A DNA stretch of 35,624 bases from Catajapyx aquilonaris (GCA_000934665.2 JYFJ02004888.1:1-35624), one strand, 5' to 3'. Shown: positions 12,701-27,400, numbered from the stretch's first letter. Translations and numbers: made by a program. Notes: generated by a model from the sequence alone, not told the origin.

Positions 12701-15700
12701 ACCAGCCGGGTATGTAATTGTGGGCATTTCTTATGGGGTGACAATGCTATCAGGAGCTTCTTTTCATTCCTCAGATTGAATAATGGAAGAGCTTCCGGTG
12801 ATGACAAAATATTTCGATGCAATTAAGCTCGGGAAGGACTTATTGTAGATATACAGGGTGTCCGTGACTTAACGGTAGAAGTGAACGTATGCGAAAATTG
12901 TCAAACATGTATGGTGATGAGCAATTATTATTAGCTACTTGCATGTACTGGGAACTGTACAATGAGAAACACCTGGCAGAGAGGTAAAGAAAGTGTTTCG
13001 CGCATGCACAACAAATTGATGACAACTCGTGCCAAAATGTGTCAGCACATGCATGCATGCAATACTGTATACGTGACAATGAAGTTCAAGGTATATAGGA
13101 ATCACATGGAATCCGTGACCTTTAGAGCAGCAAGGTTTGTCGGGTCTACATGATGATTATTCCATATACCCATCCGGTTGGACATTATGAAACATGTTGA
13201 CAGCGCGACAGGCTCACTTTCTTTTCCACAGGATAGGTCACGGCAGGATCCCAGTTTAGCGAATATTGCACACAGTGGGAATATTAATGAAGTGCTACTG
13301 TGCTGGTGACAGTCTCTCGCATTCCAAGTACCTGGGGGTGCGGTGCGGTCACATTCCCGCAGTATATGATGAATTCATGAACCGCGCACTAAGGATGAAA
13401 CGAGTGCAATGTTATCATCGCAGCATCTGCCTAAATAGATGAGGTAACCTGATTTCTAAAATCGTCACCCTCAGCGTAGAGTAAGTTATGTACCGCTATT
13501 AGGTCACATTGCATAACCATAGAATTACAGTATCACAGCCTACTTTAGAATCGGGCAACTCAACAAGTGGGAAAGGACGCGCGTAAACATTTATATACGC
13601 TCAGACTATATTTTTGAAATTATACGTTATCAAAACTTTCCATATACTTCAGGTCAGGCAATAAACGTGTGCATGAGACAATGACGACAACTCCGAAAAT
13701 TCGGAATTCGATACTGATGGTACTATAACTCTTAAGACAATAACGACTATGATTAATTTCACACATATTCCATTCTTGCCATGCGTTCCTAAGTCTATGT
13801 GATGACACGAGTAAAACAAATCCAGGAAGAAATGTATTGGGGTTATTGAGTTGAACAAATGCGACCCTTTTGAGGCATTTTAACAGGAAGTTCGCGTTGT
13901 TTGTCTTCAACGAGACGGATAATGTTTCCGTGACATTCCATCAGGTGCAGTTTAAGTAGAAAGTATAATTAAACAATAGACAGTAAGTCTTTGCTAAGTA
14001 TACATTTTACGCTCTGAGAAGTAGAATGAGTATATTTTCACAGGCATTTTGTCTGAATGTGACTTACTTCACATTAGTCAAGAACATAGTAGAGAACACG
14101 CATATGTGCGAGAAACCATACTGTAGTCTGTAAGAGTCATATTAAAAGATTAATAAATGACCATAATTATTATTTTGTATCTAGCAGGAATTATTATTGG
14201 TGCTGTACATTTCCTCGCTGAGTTTAGTAATAGGCCAGCGCAGTTTGAAACATTTTTAAATAGTGGTTTTCCCAGCTGAACCATTGCTAAATTTTTCAGC
14301 AGGCAAAAGTTGAACAGCAGCATTTCCCATCACTGTTGATTCGTTCATAAGGCCTAGTGATTCGGTTCTGAATATTTGACTGCGGAATTTTCCCCGACTT
14401 AATGGGTTTGCAATTATAGAAAGCTACTACAGATTAGCATCACAGACTTGCAATATATTACAATACGTGTACAGTACGTTATATATAATTAACGTCCCAT
14501 AATTATGTCTCTTAAATAATAATATAACTAAACATGGGACTGAATAGGCTATAACTTAGTGGCAATTTGCGTGACCTTCCCACGCACATTACAAAAACTC
14601 AAGCAGCAGTGATAAAGAAAATAACCGCAACATACTCATCCATAATTGCGAATTCCTGCGGTACAGCATCCCCTTCATAACGTGAATCGATGACCAGATA
14701 TCACATTAAATTCAGCATGTGGAACAAAGGCCATATTAAAATTTATAACCGTCAAGTGCAACGCTATCTGAACCGGTGATTGAGACATTTGAATGACCAT
14801 ACGACTAATGAGCTATCCTGTAGACTGCGGACAATAGGCCACCCCCAAGTTTTACGGTCGCCCCCTGGACACCCCAGCATCCTAATAGCCCTGCAACTGA
14901 GTCAATTTGTGCGAATTAGCAAGTGGCGGAAACCGTGTTCGCACTATTACAGGTCACCACAAAAAAAAGGAATGTTTTCCCCCATGCTAACAGTTCTTTT
15001 TTAAAGTTGTGCAACAGATGCACACAAGTGTGTGGTCACCACCATTTTGCTTGCCCGTGTCGTTCCCCGTTATGCATGAACGACACACAGGGTGCTGCTA
15101 TTCGCCATATGCTGCTACTCTGCTATTTGTGTCCTTGCACCGCGTTTTTGCACAACAAGCGACTCCTTCTCGCCAGGAGGTGAACACCCGCTAGATTGTC
15201 GAGGTGCGTGCTGCCATAACTTGGGATATGGAGCAATGCAATACAGCTGCAGAGTACTCCTAATCCTGGCAATATTTCCGCGGACCGATGCCTTCCCAGT
15301 AGCGATTGTTCTTAGAACGCCAATTTACGACTTCTTTGTTTCGGGGTCAGCCAGGTCACACGAGCCGCTTCCTATTGAGATGTCAATGGAGGGCTATTGC
15401 TACTGCCAGTAGGCTACTGCTGGGAACGTCTTCACACCTTGAGTGACGGTCAGTTCAAGTCATGTACAGGGTGTTTCATCATAGAGACATTTAGTGACAT
15501 CCTCCGTATCCAGTAGATGGGGTTAGTTGCGAGTTGGCAGTTTTGCCCCGAGATGGCGTGGGACCTGGAGGGAGGCTAGGAGTTGTATAGTCAGTCGTGA
15601 GACAGCCGGAGACCAGGATAGTATAATAAACACTATACCCTGCTGAGTAAATCCGTGGGTAGGGAGGTCAGACAGCACAATTTCTAGGGAAGATCACTGC

Positions 15701-18207
15701 ATGTAGAGGTGCCAATCTGGTACTAATGAATTCATCCAGTACTTAAATTATCATACTTCGACTATAGCAGTGATGCAACTCTCATGTCAAATCGCTGATT
15801 TACTGGAGGACTGTAATGATTCGGGTCAGGTGAAGGACGGTATGGGCAGGGAGCAGTAGAATATGACGGTTCCTTCATGTGGCTAAAAGAGGCATGGTAG
15901 CGGTTTTCTCCTGGAGGAAGGAAGAAAAGCATGTCTGCGCGTCTTACCTTTACCAATATAACGGCTTTGTAGCGGAAAAGAATGGGGGCGCGTGCACACA
16001 CACACTTACCGAGTGTAACATACATGTACATGCGTGTGATATGTGCCAGCTTGTTAGTTTTTTTTAAACATTAAAACGGGGCCACGCCTACCTTGATTAC
16101 GCAAACACCATATGCATCGTCCTATAACAATGGCTGTTTATACGGATTGTACTACAAGTTATTGCACTGTCACTGCATGTGCCGCGTTACACGCTCGTAT
16201 ATGAAAGTGAAAATGGCAACCAATTTGACATTTTGCTTGTTGAATGGGCTTTTGTTAAAAGGGGACCCGACAGTTAGACCCAATTCTGTGCTAGCGGTAC
16301 GTAGTAATTACGCTCAAAGTGCAAAGTACTGTAAATTCAATTTTTGAATTTCAAATTATTTTTCCATTCGATTTCATGCCCTGCCATTTGTTTTAATTTA
16401 AAAATTGTGGCGTGTCCACAACAAAATTTCCCACCAGTTTTTTAAAATTTACCGCATGAGAGATTTCTCAGTGGGTAGGCGGATATTATTATTTTGACGA
16501 GGGTGGAGGTGACAAGATGGTAGCGCTATGCTGTTTACTTAAACCTGCACACAGCGATACAGAGAGTGGATTCAAATTTTTGGAAGTGACGCTCCCTGTT
16601 CACAACAGTGTGAAGTGGCTTTGTGTGATTTACACTTCTAGGTGTTCACATGTCTTAATTATCATCACGCGCAACTCTGAGAAACTTATGTTTTTTGCAT
16701 TGTGTGCAAGCCACCAGAAACGTATTGAGAATATGTACAGGATGAAATGATTTTTATGCCAGAATAAATCAACTTTTGAACATCCTAAAATCGAATTACC
16801 TAATTCAATAAAATGGTGTCAAATTCCCCACCGAATATGCATTCTATAATTTCACTCCACATTGCTAGAGCGAGGAAGCGTCCAACCCCTTATGGTTCCC
16901 TCCAAAAAAGTGCCCGAGTGAAACAATAAAAAAGCATTCCTGGGCACAACCAGGAAGAGGAACTTTACCACAAAGACCAAAGGTAAAGGAGGAGCACACT
17001 TAATAAACCTCGCTACATGAAGAAAAAAATCCAACCAGTCGGAAGTCCTGTGATCACATTTTCCCATCCACACATGTTTGTCAAAGTCACATATATGTGC
17101 CGACACATTCATATCATTAAGCGTGAGAGTGATCCTGGCCATCTCGGGCGTCGGAATTTCCTTAATTTATTTGGTTCATTACCGCATGTCGATTCCCACC
17201 TGCATAAAGTGCAGCAGCATTTTATAGGTAACGGATCACTAGACGAACAGCTTTTTTTTCAGGTAGCTCGATTGATTGGAATCGGAGAAGGGCGCGGTCT
17301 TATTTATTGAGCTGATTCAATAATTGCGGTGGTTCGTGTCGATAACATCACTCGGACCGACTGCAAGTGGAATATTCATTAGTTCTAGCAGGATGGACTT
17401 TGCTGGCGGGCATTCTTGAAGAGCAAATTGAATAGCACCAATCGTGTCCAGCGTGAGTGATTAATATAATATTGCTTCGCTGGAACTGCCGGATCCAAAA
17501 ATTAAAAAATTGCAGCACATCCCCCCTTTGTAATGTCCAGCCTACGCGACATAACGGACATTTACCTGGACAAAACCTCTTTTCAACCAATCTACCACAG
17601 TGAGAGGCATCACATTCATCGGAGATACACCCCAGACATGGAGCTAAACGACACTGCATATACAATACAGCACAGCCTATTAGATGCACGTCGCTGACTG
17701 GAGGTAATGCAGACCTGCCTATACAACCAGACCAAAGGGTATTATTACCTCACTTGTACCGTATACCCAATCCTCTCTATCGGAATCCTTGTGCCGTCAC
17801 GAGCATTCTCACTGCTCCTTGGTGCATACAATTATTTTTCCTCTCATTTCCTGCTGTATGTCGCCTATGTCCGAAAACCCACGGCCCTTGAAGCCACCCT
17901 GCTAGGCAAACACTCTTTCTCAAAAGAAAAAGTGTCGCCAAAACCCTCATTTATCTCTGCCATCCAGCTCAATCAGCCTGCACTCACTATCGGGTCACGG
18001 TCACCGATCAGCATCATTTCGTATACGAAAAAGGGAGACGGAAGTGTGTGGAAAAAAGAAGGAAAGGGAACGTGATGGGGACTCGATCTCAATCATCACG
18101 TTTTTCGTTCTGGGAAATCCTTCTTTAAAACAACTTGAGGAGCTCAATGACCAGAAACGCTGGGAGGGAAAAAGGATGTGGAAAATTAGGAAGGACCGTA
18201 ATTTTTC

Positions 18208-18231
18208 GGGGGGGGGGGGGGGGNGGGGGGG
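18208..18231 (+). repeat. Poly-G tract with one ambiguous base
   Basis: 24-nt G run with N at 18224. Confidence 0.9.
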
Positions 18232-21200
18232 AAGAAGCTTTTTATAATTTTTTGAAGCATGATAACGTCCCAACGACCTTGGCCTGAAGCTTCACGCACT
18301 TACGAGTTGCATGCAATCCACGTGCGTGCATGCACAACACAGGATATGCACCGGGCAAAACAGGATCCGGGAGTTGTTATTTTTATTGCCCATCAGCCCG
18401 GATTTAATTTACACCTGATCCTATCTCAGCTCATTAGTTACATGGCTTGAGCTTCCTGCTGGAGGTGTGTGCAAGCGGAAGGTAAATAATAAAAAAAAGT
18501 GGTGATTTCTCCTAAGAAATGAGATGTCAGTGGGTAAACTCACGCCAGAAAAGTAATGGTAAGGCAAAGTAATGCGGTAGCAAATAATTTTTAATCTAAA
18601 TGCCCTATAAAATTCAGATTATACACCAAACCGCAACATGTTGATATAAAGTGGCATTTAAAATCTGCGGCTCAAAAATATTCTCGTGGGAAAAGCACCG
18701 CCCTTTAAATGCTGTGTATATAAGTGTCCCCAGTTCTGAACACCAAAAATGGCACCGACTCTACAATGTCGTATGGGAATTTTTATTCACCGCAAAGAGA
18801 ATAGCCAAAATTTATTCAGAAGGGAAGTTACCAAAAACCACATCGCACATTCCAACGCACAGAGATTACTGTACCCTCCCTGGCTATTATCAGTTAGTAT
18901 ATCTATATAGGCTTTTTGCCATAGCGGATCTTGAGGCTCGGATCCAACGGGGGATTTTTCCGAAAGCCACGTTCCTGATGGACAGGCGAAAAATTTTGCG
19001 ACCCAACCACCCTCAGCAAAACTCTATGGTCCTGCAAAAACTCAGCTTTAAACAAAAAAAAAATTGCGAAGAGCCAAGCAGGCACCGCATGTTTCATTCA
19101 CACGCGACCACGGAACCCAATGAGAGTGATTGGACTCGTGATGGAACCGGTTTTTGTTTGCCTCCAAGTCATTTTACTTCTTTCGCACTTTTTATATTAC
19201 CTCCACTGCAATTCCTTCCACTCCATGAACCTGATGGCCATCGTAATCGCTGCTGAGATGTCATGGATCACTTACTGGGCCACGGGCTGTACCAGAAGTT
19301 GCACATAAATTACTGCTGACAGTGGGTGTCAAGGAAGAGTAATTAAGCTCTTACGAGTAATTCTGCCATTCCGGTTTGTACGACGACGTGCTGATACCAA
19401 AATGCGGTTCAGATGAAGCCATCATGTACATGAGATGGCTCCAGAAAATATTGCGTTATTTATTTAATTACGGGAGATACCATCGTGGCCTGATTGTCCT
19501 CGCCTGTTAAAAGAGCTTTCACGCAACATTTTAAATTGCTTTTTTTTTTCGGCAGCCAGAAATTTTAACTACATTGTTTCACTCGCTTTTAATGAATTAC
19601 AAACTGTGTTTTTGCACAAAAAACTGGTATGGCATTCATATCCGGTATAATACATTTATGCACAAAATCTTTGCAACATTTCATTTAATTTTCGGCGAAA
19701 TAGTTGCGAATTTAATTTTCCCATTGCTTATTAGCGTTACTCCATAAGCAGATGGTGTGACAATATCTCCCAAAATAATTCCGGTAAGGTACGTTACACA
19801 CCTTATAACATTTTTAAAATAGTTTAAAGATGCCATTGTACATCACCTTAGGTAAAAGGTATATAGAGGCATGACTTTCAGAGTAAACTGTTCATGGCCG
19901 CATTTGTCACCTGGGCCAAAAATATTTTGTGACTACTAAAGCTCTTTATTGCATCTTTAGAGCCTAACAACTGTTAAAAATACCGGTACCTAACTTTTAT
20001 GGGCTCAGTAGTATAAGGCAAGTTATCGATGCACTTCAAAATACCTCTCCAAGGGTCGTATCTGCATGCTACATTCCTAACTTTATCCCACTAGTGCGGA
20101 ATTTCATTTGCTTAAATCGAGGTTAATGATCATCTTGTTTCATCACCTGTCTTTATACAATGAAATACCGCTCCGTTTATCTCGCCTATCTTTAAAAATA
20201 ACATCGCCTTTGCCGAGTTCGTAAACCTTGAAAGTGACAAAGGTTCCCCCCAAGGCACCAGGCCTAAGCCAAATGTTTTAAACGGTACCCAAGAAGTAAT
20301 CTACAGTTCTGAAGAAGTGCAGTAAGTTTTCGTGAGTTCCATCCAAAAAAGAAGAAGAGGGGGGGGGAAACTCGAGAAAAACTTCGAGCTGGATCTCATC
20401 TTTTGCATTATTTTGCAGGTAAGCCCAGTTGACCTGCAATTACGGGAGAATTATTATCAACTAAACCAACGTGTGCTAACTATCATGGGTTCATCAGAAT
20501 CCTCGGGACAATGGCGGGAACAGGAAGAGTAAGTGGTAGCCAGTCAGACAGACACCTTTTTTTTGTATCCCTCCTTCTTTTCTCGCAATTTTTTTCCCCC
20601 CCTCCTTACCCTTATTCTTGTAGCTGCTGATTTTATTATTTCCCTGAACATTACCGCTACCAGAATACGGGACCAAATTCTTCCCAGCTACAGTTTTTGC
20701 TACCTACGAATAACTGACCTTGGTTATAACCTTGTCAAAAATATAGGGATGAATGGGATGTATAGATGTTCCCCCAAAAAAACTCAACAGCTTTTGCAAC
20801 CATGCTCAATCGAAATGTGGAAAACGCAGCAGGGCTCTAAACGCATTTCATCACATGTATGGCCGCCATAAGATTACATCCCCTTCAAAATTATGGCTCA
20901 TTACTCCGAACATTCTGGCCATAAACGGTGCAATTTTACTTTTTGATCTCTCACAATAATAAATAGCGACGTAAAAAAAATGCGGATCATTGAACTTGCT
21001 CACGTGCTTATATAGTGTATATCAGGAGAAAAAACTATTGCATATGGACACCCCCGAATGGTTTTGATACTGACTATAACGGTCTTCCTTCCTCTATTTT
21101 CTGGCCTATTCACCAACACGTTGCTGCTCATCAGCCCAAACAAAGTTTCACTTGGTAGATGCTCTGCGACCGAAATTTTGGTTCTTTTCTAGGTCCACAC

Positions 21201-24200
21201 CCATACACAGCATCTTCCTACTTACACTTGCCATACCGTACAAATTGCATGGAACGTGTGCCCCCTACGTCCAGAAATGGCCAAAACGGAGGTTCAATTG
21301 CAGAAACAGCAAGGTCGGTAATAAACCGCGGTCTTTCCATTCGCCACAGACCAATCGTCATAACTTCCGGCGACCTAAAAGAGGTCGTTCTTGCGTCACA
21401 AACAATATAAAAAAAGCGGATTGGGCAAAAAGCAAGACGACCACCGAAAAGGTTACCCAACGGGAGATGTGTATAGGAGGAAGAAGGAAATTAATCATTT
21501 GACATTGTAAAAATGTGCCTCTGTCGAATGGACGCCTAAACAATGAAGATGAAGATGCTACAGAAACAATGATGACAGCTAAATGGCTCTTTGCATTACG
21601 ATAATTGTGTATGCCATTTGTAAAACTATTTCAATTTTTTTTTGATACCCTTCAGACATGTTGTGGCCAGTTATACCGATTGAAAAATAATGATTACCTT
21701 GATGAGTGGTATACGAAGCTTTGGTAAGTCCTCCTTCCCGGTATGACCTGCCCTGCATGAGTGAGCATCATATGTCCACTCGGTTGAACTTGACTGAACT
21801 ACCGAAGGAAAATACCTGGGTGCACCTCCCGTGCGTGACCGCTGAGGTTTCCATTGCATTCAATATTCCAAATGGTCATGACAGTTCATTAATTAAACAA
21901 GGTCGGAATTTACGACCGCAAACGGCGAACGTACCGTTTGCATTGTGGACGCATACTTGTGCCTGGAACGCTACCTATAATATTGCACAGGACGTTGCAT
22001 TGACTACAAGACCCATATACCACGATTGAAGTTCCCGGGCGCACGGCAATACTGCACTGTCCTGAGTTACGCAATTTTATAGAGCCTATTTATAGACTTT
22101 AGTTAAATTTGACATGTCAGTTTTGTTCAAAATGGGATTGTGTTTCCAGCAGCATGCTTTGCTTAAAAATAAAAATTTCAATGAAATATTTAAAGGGACA
22201 ATTGTCAACTAGTAGTCGGCTTGAGCCTCTATGTTTGCACACAGTCCTTGTCTTCTCTACAGGCGAGTACCAACCCGGTGATTTTGCCTGGCGTATATTG
22301 GTGTAGACTAATAAGACGATAAATAACTCATTTAGTAGTCTTCTGAGGTGAAGAAAGTGCGGTGCAATGGGTGCATGAAAGTTTTACCATTGTGTCCATA
22401 GTGGACCTCATTACAGTGCAAGCCCTAACCCCCAGTTCAAAACACCAGTGCGCCATGGCAAGTTTATCCCGGTGACCAATAAGTAAGCAAAAGACAAATG
22501 CAGTGATTGCAGTGCATACAATGCAATGTCTGAACCTGGCTTGCAGACGGGATGTCACCGCCCCAGCAAGCAAGTAATTTTCGTTCTAATCGTCGCTTTG
22601 GATCTGACTCAAGCGGGACGTCCGAATTTCAAGCCCACGTACCTGAACGAGAAACCACTGGACCTTCAAATGACTTTTTGCAGTCGCAGAAGAAACAAAA
22701 TCCCAGTGAGACAGCAAAATATACTGAATCATGCTGGTGTCGTCCGATGACAAAGGACAGCTTAGGAGGATTTAGCGACGCTCGCCTTTGTCTTGGTGGG
22801 TCTATAAAATCAACACGTCAGCAGTTAAATTCTACTATCAGTTTCAAATAAATACCGTTGTCATAATGTGCCATCTTATCAGACAGCAAATAAATGGTAT
22901 TTGGTTTGACCATACTGACTGATTCATTATGTTAGATTGTTTCTTATTGACGCACACGGAAGGTCAACTAGGTCTGTACCAATGCAAATTAAGGGAGGTG
23001 TTCGCAATAGGCAATACACAATAGAAATTTTTCTTTAATTAGTGTTGGTGCAACTAATGCCCCTGAATAGTATAGCCTTCCCATAATTACAGTGCAGCCA
23101 TAATGGAAGATGAAAGAAGGGGCCATAAAAACTATCTGCAGTTTTTGCAACAAGCCTTCCCTATGACATTGACATTGCTAAAATAAAGCGAGTGAGTTGG
23201 GGGTTATCCGCCCGTGTTCAGGCCACGTTGTCCACCGGATCAGCTGATGGCAATGGTGCCCTCTCAGCAGCAGAGTGCTTCCATCTACGGTGCACGGAAT
23301 GAGGGAATAGAAGTACAGCAGCAGCAAGAGCAGCCATAAAGACATGCTGCTGCCATCTCTGCATGCTTCAAGTTTCCCCCACGGACACCTGCAGAGGTGC
23401 CATCACTCCGGGTACCCGTATACGTCTCTTGTGTATCATACGTGCACCTGCTACTTGTTGGAATCCACTCTGCTGCATCCTCCTGGCCTGCGTGCTGGCC
23501 GTCCTCCTCCGCCCCCGATGGATGCGACGTGTCAGCAGCTGGTCAGGTCGTAGTAGCCGGTGACCTTTCATCGGGGGCTGGGGCCGGTTGATCATCAGGG
23601 GGGAATCAATCAACGTCAATGACCCTGTGGACGAGGACCTTCTCTTCCGGACAGCCACAGACAGGCTCGGACATGCTCCCGCCAATTTCTACCTTTCCTG
23701 ATCTGTCACTAGAGGCGCTGACAGTTGTAACAAGATACCAGATCGCCTTGCAGATCACTCATTATTAACCCACTCACTGTTTATTATTACGAGTAATTAA
23801 TATTAGAGACGGCAGATACGGTGTGTGTAATAAAAGCACCTTTCTACTACTGTGCAAGCAATGTGATCTGGCAACATGTGTACATCCGGCAAGGTGAATG
23901 CGTAATTTGCGTGGGCATATTTTTGTACGTTAACTATAATTTTAGTTAAAGTGAAATACAGAAGAATTTTTGATATCGATTAGTGAAGTAAATGATACAA
24001 GTGTGTATATCTGCCCCTGTGAAGCAGGCTTCACGTCACGACTCCATCTTAGGGGAGGAAGGGTACCCACCCGTGTGTATTCACCTTGAACGAGTTTCCT
24101 CCATCCGACGGCCATCATGTAGGATGGGCGTCTTGATGTACGTCTTTCCCCGTGTGACCCCGTAACCTTGCTTGCCGCCTTGTGCCCTCCCGGAGGCCAC

Positions 24201-24495
24201 CGTGTTGCAGCCTGCATGACCGCGGGCCAGGAGTGCTGCACAAGACCGGAGTAATCATCCTGCCCTGTGCTGCATTTGTGAAGGACACCATTCAGAGAGA
24301 GCTGACACCAGATTAGTACTGGGGGTGCAGTGACCTGCATCGTCTCAAGCTGACACCCACGCACCCAAGTCTCATCGCCAGACCTACACACCATCAGGCG
24401 AGCAGGGGCTGCTCTCTGCAGGTGAGGTCAGAGGCCTAGGCTTTCCACCACGGCGTACTGTACGTAGAGTGAGTCACATTGATTTTTATTAAGGT

Positions 24496-27400
24496 ATGGA
24501 GAGACCCAGCAACAACTCTGATGGGATCAGTGGGGAGCCTTCCCGCTACCAGCCCCGCCACCGCCACCACCCAACCAGACCGCATCACGACGGCAGCAAT
24601 GACTCCTTGGAATCGGACTCCAAGTCTAGCTCCCTCAATTCCAAACTGGGACAAGAGTCGGTAAGATCAACAGGCCTTGTGCCTCCTACCCCTTGCCCTC
24701 ATTTTGTGTCAAATACTGCGCTCCATGTGCGTAACACTTTAGTCGCACCCCCCCCCCCCAACTAGATGTCACAGACTGTGCTGTAGATAGTTCTCTTGCC
24801 CTTTACCTATGAAACACTAACACTGCAGGTGAGCTCCAGCAAGGACTCCCCTTCTAAGAGCACCTGCTCATCCAGCAGTTCCACTTCCAACGAAAACCTT
24901 CCTGGGATTGAACAAACCAAGGCCAAGACCAAGGTACTCTTTCTGCATGAAACCTTTTTGCCAATTTTGGTAGTCTCGTAATTTTTTTCTAGCTCTTTGC
25001 TTCCCTGAAAATGTGATATCCTTTTGCATTTTGGGGATAAATGTCTTGAAAGGGATTCAGCAAGACACCTCTTGGTTGGATAATGTTGTAGTGAAATTCT
25101 GTTGAAATTGGACAATTGTTCTGTCTTTTTTGCAGGCATCAGAGGATGGGCATACATTTGATGTCTGGGCAACTAACGTAAGCAGGTTGCAATTTATTGC
25201 TTGTGACTCATAAGAATAGGAAATAGAATTAAATAATAGAGGTAGTGGTAATCATAATTAGTCGAGACGTTATAGTGAAAATAGTAACTTTTGCCAGGCT
25301 CGTAATTATTCGTAGGCAATGCGAGGTGCTTCATGAGTAATTTCTGACGTAGTAACATAGTAAAGCAAAAAGCAAAGCCTGCATTCAATGTACAATGGCT
25401 TTTACTGTGCGCATGTTTTGAAGTAGTTCTGGTTTATTCTGTAGTGACCAACCAAAGAGCACCTTGTTGAATTTCTGTTGTCAAGTTCATGTCATGTGTT
25501 TGGCAGAGCAAAATGATGCCATATTTCCAAGAAGAAAAATTCTGCTAGAAGATTGTTATGAGGCACATCATGTACTGTGTATGGAGGCACAAACACACCT
25601 TTTGCTTGCCTTTTCAGTCCCTTCCACATGACACACACCCGATTCACAGAGCAGAAGACCCACCACTTCTGCCAGGAGAGCAAATACAAGGTGTGTCACG
25701 AGACGTGACCTATCTGTGCCCATTCAGTGGTCCATTACGGGGTGTGTTGACTGTCACCAACTACAAGATTTACTTCAGAGGGATGGAGAGGGATCCTGCT
25801 TTTATACTGGATGTTCCATTAGGAATGGTTGGTATACATGATTGAATTGCTTTTGACCTTTCGATTCTGGAAGATTGACAATTATTCATTGTCAGATTTG
25901 CAATGACCTGTACCTGAGCAATCCTTGTTACAGGTCAGCCGAATTGAGAAAGTAGGTGGAGCGTCCAGTCGAGGTGAAAACTCGTATGGGATCGAACTCT
26001 TCTGCAAGGATATGCGAAACCTCAAGTTTGCACACAAGCAGGTAAGCTTATCAACGTGAGGTGACAAATTTAGCTCCTTCTTTGGTCTATCTTTGCCCAG
26101 CTTTTCAGACATCATCACCGGATACTAAATCTCAGGGGATTTCACTCTTACGTAAGAAAGTTTGGGTTTCATGTGCAAAACCTGCTCTGTTTTAACATAT
26201 CTGGCTTCTTTTTTCTAATAAACCCCACATTAGTTGCTGTGTGTGACATTTTAACGGATATGTTGACCTTTCAGGAAAACCACTCTCGTCGCAGTGTGGT
26301 TGAGAAACTTGTCCACTGTGCATTTCCTCAGTCACACAATCTTCCTTTGTTTGCCTTCGAGTTCAATGAAAAGTACCCAGAGAATGGGTGGACTGTGTAT
26401 GAACCAATTGCTGAACTGAAACGAATGGTAGGTGCACCATGGCTGCATTTGAATTTGTTTACATTGTGGGAACTAGCTTGTTTAAAGTACATGGTTTTTC
26501 TTTACCAGGGTGTTCCAAATGACACATGGAAGATAACCCGCATTAATGACAGCTATGACCTCTGCGACAGCTACCCATTTGTCTGGGCAGTCCCGTGCCA
26601 GGCAACTGACGAAGACCTGCGCTCAGTTGTTTCCTTCCGCAGTCGGGCCCGCATCCCTGTCCTCTCGTGGATCCATCCCGAGTCACAGGCTACCATCACT
26701 CGCTGCTCCCAGCCTTTGGTCGGAGTGAGTGGGAAGCGCAGCAGGGAGGATGAACGATACATTCAGACCATCATGGATGCCAATGCACAATCACACAAGA
26801 TATTTATTATGGATGCACGACCCAGCACAAATGCCATTGCAAACAAAGCCAAGGGTGGTGGATACGAGTCAGAGGATGCTTACCAAAATGCGGAGCTAGT
26901 CTTCTTAGACATTCATAACATACATGTGATGAGGGAATCCCTGCGAAAGCTCAAGGAGATCTGCTTCCCAACTATTGACGACGCCAAATGGCTCTCCAAT
27001 GTGGAGTCCACCCATTGGCTGGAGCACATCAAATGCATATTAGCAGGAGCAGTGCGCATAGTGGACAAGGTGGAGAATCACAAGACATCCGTGTTGGTTC
27101 ACTGCTCTGATGGATGGGATCGAACATCCCAGGTGAGCTATTCTTGAAGTAATCCAACTTGCACAGTAGTGTGCTTAGGAATTGACAGTCCTTTTTAAAG
27201 AGTGTATCAGTTCACCAATGGGTTTCTTGTGTTGTTGAAAATCCTCATTTTATTCTTTAAGAAGTATTTGCAGAGGTGTAACCCCACACTACTATTTTAC
27301 TTCCAGTTGACTGCGTTGGCAATGGTAATGTTGGATCCCTACTACCGTACCATTAAGGGCTTCGAGGTACTGGTGGAAAAAGAGTGGCTGAGCTTTGGCC

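Noticed and set aside
18651..19256. 201-aa plus-strand ORF
   Set aside because: GTG start, no family resemblance, composition like translated non-coding DNA.
8942..21134. Isolated CTGATGAG motifs (8942, 10332, and minus strand near 21127-21134) as hammerhead cores
   Set aside because: None is followed by a stem II and GAAA with correct pairing.
23344..24394. GC-rich cluster of overlapping short ORFs upstream of myotubularin
   Set aside because: No frame gives a recognisable protein. Overlapping short ORFs are expected at this GC content.
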